A DNA stretch of 8,563 nucleotides, taken from assembly GCA_051530055.1 (NCBI GenBank), contig JBMGUZ010000087.1:1-8563 (forward strand), in the 5' to 3' direction. This document shows positions 8,105 to 8,563 of the stretch, in pieces. The notes below the pieces were generated by a model, which saw only the letters and a list, made by a program, of their open reading frames with translations, did not search any database and was not told the origin of the DNA. The position numbers and the translations under genes are program-made. The DNA is from Neoechinorhynchus agilis (lineage: Eukaryota > Animalia > Acanthocephala). Each line of letters opens with the position of its first letter. Positions within the stretch are counted from its first letter, which is position 1.

Positions 8105-8563
8105 CGCGAGAACCTTCCTCCTGATCTTCTGCAGACGAGACCGTGTCGCCCGAAAGCATCAACCAAAGACCCACATCGACAGCGATGGGGCGTGCATATC
8201 GGGAGACCAAGTCTTAAGGATACTGCGATCCACGTTACCTCATCAGTAAGAAGAGTTCCCACTGATGCCAGAGGAACAGCCTCCAACCACGCACAGATTT
8301 TACTGTTGAAACTGCCAACAGTCTAGCTCGGACGACCCCATCGCGAGAACCTGAAAGTAGAGAGCTGTGAGCTCTCGCGACAAGAGGTCCGTCCCAGATC
8401 GACTGTCTGGGGCCATTCACGGCAACATGGTTAGCGCCTGTCTGCTGGCACCATTCCTCAACCGCCACTACTAAATCTCGGTCAAGACAGAACTTTTCCT
8501 TCAAAATTTTCTTTGATACTGGTAGGCTCCCCTCAAACGATCCAAGAAAGGCTGGCAAAGCCT
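8104..8563 (-). mobile_element. CRE-clade RLE non-LTR retrotransposon fragment (RT thumb end to zinc knuckle); one frameshift; continues past the window's right edge
   Basis: ALPAFLGS...RQSIWDGP...LL....RARLLAVS, then (restoring one G at 8293-8294) KSGAWLEAVPLASVGTLL...[42 protein letters not shown]. This is the characteristic pre-RLE CxC...H...C region of animal/fungal CRE-like elements. Confidence 0.85.

Noticed and set aside
8225-8250. CTGATGAG on the minus strand within the CRE fragment
   Set aside because: No downstream GAAA; explained by codons TDEV.

Overview
Eukaryotic repeat-rich DNA with no intact host gene that I can support. Bases 1-1930 are a tandem array of 12 full ~160-bp units plus a partial unit. 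The other ~6.6 kb is a patchwork of retroelement fragments, nearly all on the minus strand: a decayed APE-endonuclease LINE (CR1/L2-like), a decayed R4/Dong-like RLE C-terminus (+ strand), a 71-bp-arm inverted repeat, a heavily decayed Ty3/gypsy gag-protease-RT, a candidate short LTR with an integrase tail, a Penelope-like GIY-YIG endonuclease whose last codons overlap a minimal hammerhead ribozyme, and a well-preserved CRE-clade non-LTR fragment. The most interesting observations are (1) the hammerhead at 7762-7800; (2) the CRE/GIY-YIG junction at ~8102-8104, where the GIY-YIG sits where the CRE RLE nuclease should be and one added base would make an in-frame fusion; and (3) a codon-like substitution pattern in the 160-bp repeat, suggesting a cryptic 53-aa repeat with one extra base per unit. 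All family calls come from motif recognition by eye, not from database searches.
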